Shown: positions 32,945 to 36,511 of the stretch, piece by piece
Position numbering within the stretch: the stretch's first letter is position 1
Layout: every line of letters starts with the position of its first letter
Assembly: GCA_030648495.1 (NCBI GenBank)
Contig: JAUSHV010000004.1
Location: forward strand, 1-36,511
DNA: 36,511 nt
Origin: a bacterium
Lineage (GTDB): Bacteria > Patescibacteriota > Minisyncoccia > UBA11713 > 2-01-FULL-45-33
Direction: 5' to 3'
Notes under the pieces: generated by a model
What the model was told of the DNA's origin: nothing
Seen by the model: only the letters and a program-made list of their open reading frames with translations
Database searches by the model: none
Position numbers and translations under genes: made by a program

Positions 32945-35119
32945 ATGTTGCTTAAACGCCTCGAAATAAATGGCTTCAAATCCTTTGCCAAATCGGCGGT
33001 TTTGGAATTCCCCACGAAAATTACCGCCATCGTCGGTCCAAATGGCTCGGGTAAGTCCAACGTAGCCGACTCTTTGAGGTGGGTTTTGGGCGAGCAATCA
33101 ATAAAAAGTCTCCGCGGGAAAAAAGGCGAGGACTTGATATTCGGCGGTTCACAGCAAGTCGCGCGGATGGGAAAAGCATCGGCGTCTTTGGTTTTCGACA
33201 ATAAAAAAAAGGTTTTTCCGGTCGAATTTGACGAAGTAATAATTTCGCGAAGAATTTACCGGGACGGCTCGAACGAATATTTGTTGAACGAAAGCCAGGT
33301 GCGTTTAAAAGACATTATTGAGCTTCTCTCCAAAGTCGGACTCGGCGCTTCGCAGCACCACATTATTGCCCAGGGCGACGCGGACCGGATTCTTTACGCT
33401 TCGCCCAAAGAAAGGAAGTCCATGATTGAAGAAGCATTGGGGCTTAAAATTTTTGAATTAAAAAAAACCGAAGCCGAGAGAAAGCTTGCCGGCACGGCTG
33501 AAAATATAAAACAGGTTGAGTCGCTTCGGCGGGAGATACAGCCGCATCTTAAATATCTGGACCAGCAGGCCCAGAAAATGAAAAACGCGTCGGAATTTAG
33601 GAAAGAATTGGAAATTTTGACGGCAGAATATGTTTCCAGGGAAATGAAAACGCTTTCGGATGAAGAAGCAGATATAAAGAAAGGAAAGTCTCCGCTGGTT
33701 GATAAATTAAAAGCACTTGAATCGGCTCTTCGGGAGGCGGAGAATATTTTGGGCAAAGAATCGGGAGCGTCTTCTGCACAGATTTTTTTTGGCGCGCAAA
33801 AAAAACTGGACGTTTCGCTTGCAGAACTTACGGAGAGGCGCCGTGAAGCTGAACGGGATATTGCAAAAATGGAAGCCGTAGCTGAACGTCCTCAGGAAGG
33901 AAAAGAAGACTCGCTTCCAAAAGAAAAAGTTAAAGCAGTACTTTTGGATTTGGTGGAAGACCTGGAATCAGCCTCCCGTTCGGGGACGATGGAGGCCGTC
34001 AGGAATACGATATTTTCAGCGACTCAAAAAATATATAATTTTTTGGAATCAATGGGAGGAGCTAAATACCAACAAGGAAAAGAGAATTTTGGCGGACAAC
34101 TGAAACAAAGAAAAGAAGAGGTATTAAAAATAGATAAAGAAGAAGAAGAATTTAAGCAAAAAAAACTCGCATTAGAAAAAGATTATTCCGATAAAGCCGA
34201 GAAAATCGCCAATGAAGGGGCGCTTTTCCGCCAAAAGACCGAAGCAATAGCGGGGACTAGAGACGAGCTCCGGAATATGGCGTCCCGCGAAGAGAAGTTT
34301 GTGATGCAGAAAAAAGAATTCGAACTGGATTTTAACGGGCGGCCGGAAAAGTCGCGTCCCGGAGGTGAAACTTTGTCCGAAGCAGAACGGGTCCAGATGA
34401 GAAAAAAAATAGAGCGCCTGAAAATTCGGCTGGAAGAAGCGGGAGGAGTAGATGAGAATGTCATTAAGGAATATGACGAGACCAAAAAGCGCGACGAATT
34501 TCTTGGAAAAGAATTGGAAGATCTCAAAAAAGCCGCCGAGAGCTTGGGCTCTGTTTTTGAAGATCTGGCCGGCAGGATAGAGAAAGATTTTGACCAGGGG
34601 CTCTCAAAGATAAATAAACTTTTTGGAGAATTTTTCAATGAAATTTTCGGCGGAGGAAAAGCCGAGATAAAGCTTATGAAACCGAAGAAGAAAAAACCCC
34701 TTGCTGAAGAAGAGGAGGAGGAAGTATGGGAAAGCGAGCTGGAAGAGGAGGAAGAAGGAATAGAGATAGTAGTAGATATTCCGCGGAAGCGCATAAAAAG
34801 CTTAAATATGCTCTCGGGAGGCGAACGCGCGCTTACTTCCATTGCTTTGCTTTTTGCGATGTCTACCGTCAACCCACCGCCGTTTTTGGTTTTAGACGAG
34901 ACAGACGCCGCATTAGACGAAGCCAACTCCAACCGCTACGCTTCGATGCTCCGTGAGCTCGGCAAAAAAACCCAGCTTATAGTTGTGACTCACAACCGCG
35001 AAACAATGAAAGCCGCTGATGTTCTTTACGGCGTTACCATGGGCAACGACGGCGTCTCAAAACTTTTATCTATTAAATTTGAAGAGGCGGAGGATGTGCT
35101 GGCAAAAAAACACAGCTAA
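32945..35119 (+). CDS. smc: SMC-family ATPase, unusually short (724 aa), with no recognisable hinge domain
   Basis: The N-terminal head reads LKRLEINGFKSFAKSAVLEFPTKITAIVGPNGSGKSNVADSLRWVLGEQS. The C-terminal head reads LSGGERALTSIALLFAM...FLVLDETDAALDE...IVVTHN. The middle is charged coiled-coil sequence. Confidence 0.8.
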   Translation: MLLKRLEINGFKSFAKSAVLEFPTKITAIVGPNGSGKSNVADSLRWVLGEQSIKSLRGKKGEDLIFGGSQQVARMGKASASLVFDNKKKVFPVEFDEVIISRRIYRDGSNEYLLNESQVRLKDIIELLSKVGLGASQHHIIAQGDADRILYASPKERKSMIEEALGLKIFELKKTEAERKLAGTAENIKQVESLRREIQPHLKYLDQQAQKMKNASEFRKELEILTAEYVSREMKTLSDEEADIKKGKSPLVDKLKALESALREAENILGKESGASSAQIFFGAQKKLDVSLAELTERRREAERDIAKMEAVAERPQEGKEDSLPKEKVKAVLLDLVEDLESASRSGTMEAVRNTIFSATQKIYNFLESMGGAKYQQGKENFGGQLKQRKEEVLKIDKEEEEFKQKKLALEKDYSDKAEKIANEGALFRQKTEAIAGTRDELRNMASREEKFVMQKKEFELDFNGRPEKSRPGGETLSEAERVQMRKKIERLKIRLEEAGGVDENVIKEYDETKKRDEFLGKELEDLKKAAESLGSVFEDLAGRIEKDFDQGLSKINKLFGEFFNEIFGGGKAEIKLMKPKKKKPLAEEEEEEVWESELEEEEEGIEIVVDIPRKRIKSLNMLSGGERALTSIALLFAMSTVNPPPFLVLDETDAALDEANSNRYASMLRELGKKTQLIVVTHNRETMKAADVLYGVTMGNDGVSKLLSIKFEEAEDVLAKKHS

Positions 35120-35123
35120 CCTT

Positions 35124-35378
35124 TTAGCTGTGTTCTGTGAATTTTGCAATCACTTTATCAAGTTTTTTAGTTATCTTGGGCATGCGGTCGATTATAATGA
35201 TCAATATCAACCAAGCTATAAAAAATAATATGAACAAAAATCCTTTATCTTTAGGCATTACTTTATCGGCAAGACTGCTAAATTCAAGTACCCAATAGGC
35301 CACTGCGCAAAAGCAGATTACTGCTATAAGCATAAGCAGCATCGGGCGTTTAAAGAAAAATCCTATTAGACTGCTCAT
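35124..35378 (-). CDS. Hypothetical small membrane protein (84 aa)
   Basis: The RBS is AGGAGG (minus strand: ttaggaggagcacattgttATG). There are two TM helices. Confidence 0.65.
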   Translation of the reverse strand: MSSLIGFFFKRPMLLMLIAVICFCAVAYWVLEFSSLADKVMPKDKGFLFILFFIAWLILIIIIDRMPKITKKLDKVIAKFTEHS

Positions 35379-35434
35379 AACAATGTGCTCCTCCTAAAAA
35401 CAATATAGCACACTAGATGCTATATTGTCAAGCC

Positions 35435-36412
35435 TTATTGAGTTTTTAGCGCAGGTTTGTAGAAATCCGGGTCTATCGTTCGGTCAAAGCAGGCACGGCC
35501 GGCGTCGTGGTCCCAGTTTTGGCCGATGCCCCCGATTGAATACGGCTTAGATGCGTAAGGCACAGCTGGCATGGGCTCTCTTGAAGTTTGCTGCAGGTTC
35601 GGTAAAGCAAAATCGGCGCAAAGCGAGAAATCAAGCGCGCCTCTAGTATTGTATTCATACGGAGCTCCAGTTTCCGGGTCCTGCGGAGGCACAAATCCGC
35701 TGATGCTGTCGCGGAGCGCTTCAAGATTTGGAGGCAGAGATCCTTTTTGCTGCCAGTAATAAACTATTTGACCTTGTAGCTCCTGGAGATTCTGCGCTCT
35801 AGTATTATCAATTTGCATGAGCCGTGCCGATTGTGGAGAACCGGCTACAAAAAATCCCGCAACGACCGCTACTAAAAGAACCGTCGAAACTGCGTAAGCA
35901 AATATTTTATACGGAGCGCTTTGTTTCAAGTCCATCAGATAATATTTGAAAACCGTGGCGGAGACCAAAAGCACAGCCAATATTTTATAAAGAAATCTTC
36001 CGGTCAGTTCGCCTTGCAGGAAATTGTAAATTAAAGTAACCAAGTCTCCGATTATAATTATTGCCATCGCGAAAAGCGTAAAATAAAGCAGCCATTTTCT
36101 GACCTTTAGCTCCAATTTTACGGGCTCGCTTTTGTATTCTTTATTCAAAAACCAGCTTGACCAGAAATAAACGGGGAAGACCACAATAAGTATCGAGACA
36201 GACCAGCGCATAGAGGCGTAAGCCGACTGAATTGAATAATAATTTCCCTCAAGTGCCGGATCGGGCAGCCAGATATTTATATATTGAAATATCAGTGCGA
36301 TAAAACTGCCTACGCTTACGTAGAGCATGATAATTGCCAAAAGGTGTAAAAATACGTCTTTTGGCCCCGCCTTTTCGGCGGGCAAGCCTGTTTTTGTTTG
36401 ATTATTTTCCAT
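35435..36412 (-). CDS. Polytopic membrane protein with an extracytoplasmic C-terminal domain (DUF5671-like architecture, recalled from memory)
   Basis: This uses the internal ATG (MENNQTKTGLPAEKAG...). It is preceded on the minus strand by tgcTACAAT and then 6 nt. There are about 5 TM helices, followed by a soluble Pro-rich domain. Confidence 0.7.
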   Translation of the reverse strand: MENNQTKTGLPAEKAGPKDVFLHLLAIIMLYVSVGSFIALIFQYINIWLPDPALEGNYYSIQSAYASMRWSVSILIVVFPVYFWSSWFLNKEYKSEPVKLELKVRKWLLYFTLFAMAIIIIGDLVTLIYNFLQGELTGRFLYKILAVLLVSATVFKYYLMDLKQSAPYKIFAYAVSTVLLVAVVAGFFVAGSPQSARLMQIDNTRAQNLQELQGQIVYYWQQKGSLPPNLEALRDSISGFVPPQDPETGAPYEYNTRGALDFSLCADFALPNLQQTSREPMPAVPYASKPYSIGGIGQNWDHDAGRACFDRTIDPDFYKPALKTQ

Positions 36413-36439
36413 TTGTTGATTGTAGCATATTGCATAAAA

Positions 36440-36470
36440 AATGCATAAAAAAAGGCCCGACACGGCGGGC
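36440..36470 (-). terminator. Terminator of a minus-strand gene lying beyond the right edge of the window
   Basis: On the minus strand, ggcccgccgtgtcgggcc is followed by ttttttt. Confidence 0.55.
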
Positions 36471-36511
36471 CTGGTACAAGTTATAGCGGCATAGCTTTTT
36501 TTATACGTAAT

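Noticed and set aside
34183-34932. A 249-aa Ser-rich ORF on the minus strand
   Set aside because: It is entirely antisense to the Glu/Lys-rich coiled-coil region of smc. GAA/AAG-rich sense codons give TTC/CTT-rich, stop-free antisense frames. The sequence is low-complexity and has no start context.
5800-35119. An alternative genetic code (UGA recoded, as in some CPR lineages)
   Set aside because: Conserved proteins end at TGA exactly where their families end (for example rodA at 6949-6951). Long housekeeping ORFs are intact under the standard code 11, with no in-frame TGA problem.

Overview
An AT-rich, gene-dense bacterial chromosome segment. It looks like a Candidate Phyla Radiation (Patescibacteria/Parcubacteria-like) genome; that call is an inference from the intron-laden 23S rRNA with LAGLIDADG endonucleases, the domain-reduced housekeeping proteins and the many small orphan ORFs.

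Layout:
- 1-3760: the 3' part of an rRNA operon. The 23S rRNA is split by three group-I-like introns, two of them carrying single-motif LAGLIDADG homing endonucleases. A promoter-bearing 72-aa ORF sits in the 23S-5S spacer, followed by the 5S rRNA and a terminator.
- 4017-5033: a visibly GC-richer, non-coding, hairpin-dense block holding two to three candidate structured RNAs. Two of them are driven by a near-identical consensus promoter.
- 5045-6951: a membrane protein and rodA.
- 6952-10700: accessory genes.
- 10818-15174: a sigma-r4/HARE-HTH protein, a membrane protein and a VirD4/TraD-like ATPase.
- 15162-18060: an array of six mini-cassettes.
- 18026-36412: housekeeping genes, namely efp, gatB, miaA, a truncated thrS, dnaE, a PRODH-like gene, rnhB, rpmF, a nusB-NUDIX fusion, rnc and a short hinge-less smc, plus several orphan and membrane proteins.

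Main hunting results:
1. Accessory DNA has accumulated at two places: downstream of rodA, and between the ATPase gene and efp. At every junction it leaves displaced copies of the flanking gene 3' ends. These copies differ from the functional ends only at synonymous sites.
2. At the efp locus this forms an integron-like array in which each cassette has its own promoter. The junction repeats are permuted and contain a palindrome. No recombinase gene is visible in the window.
3. There are tandem unknown ncRNAs next to the rRNA operon.
4. miaA carries an in-frame, GC-rich, hairpin-dense insertion.
5. Leaderless promoter geometry recurs across the window.

I found no CRISPR array, no canonical tRNA, and no transposase or integrase.
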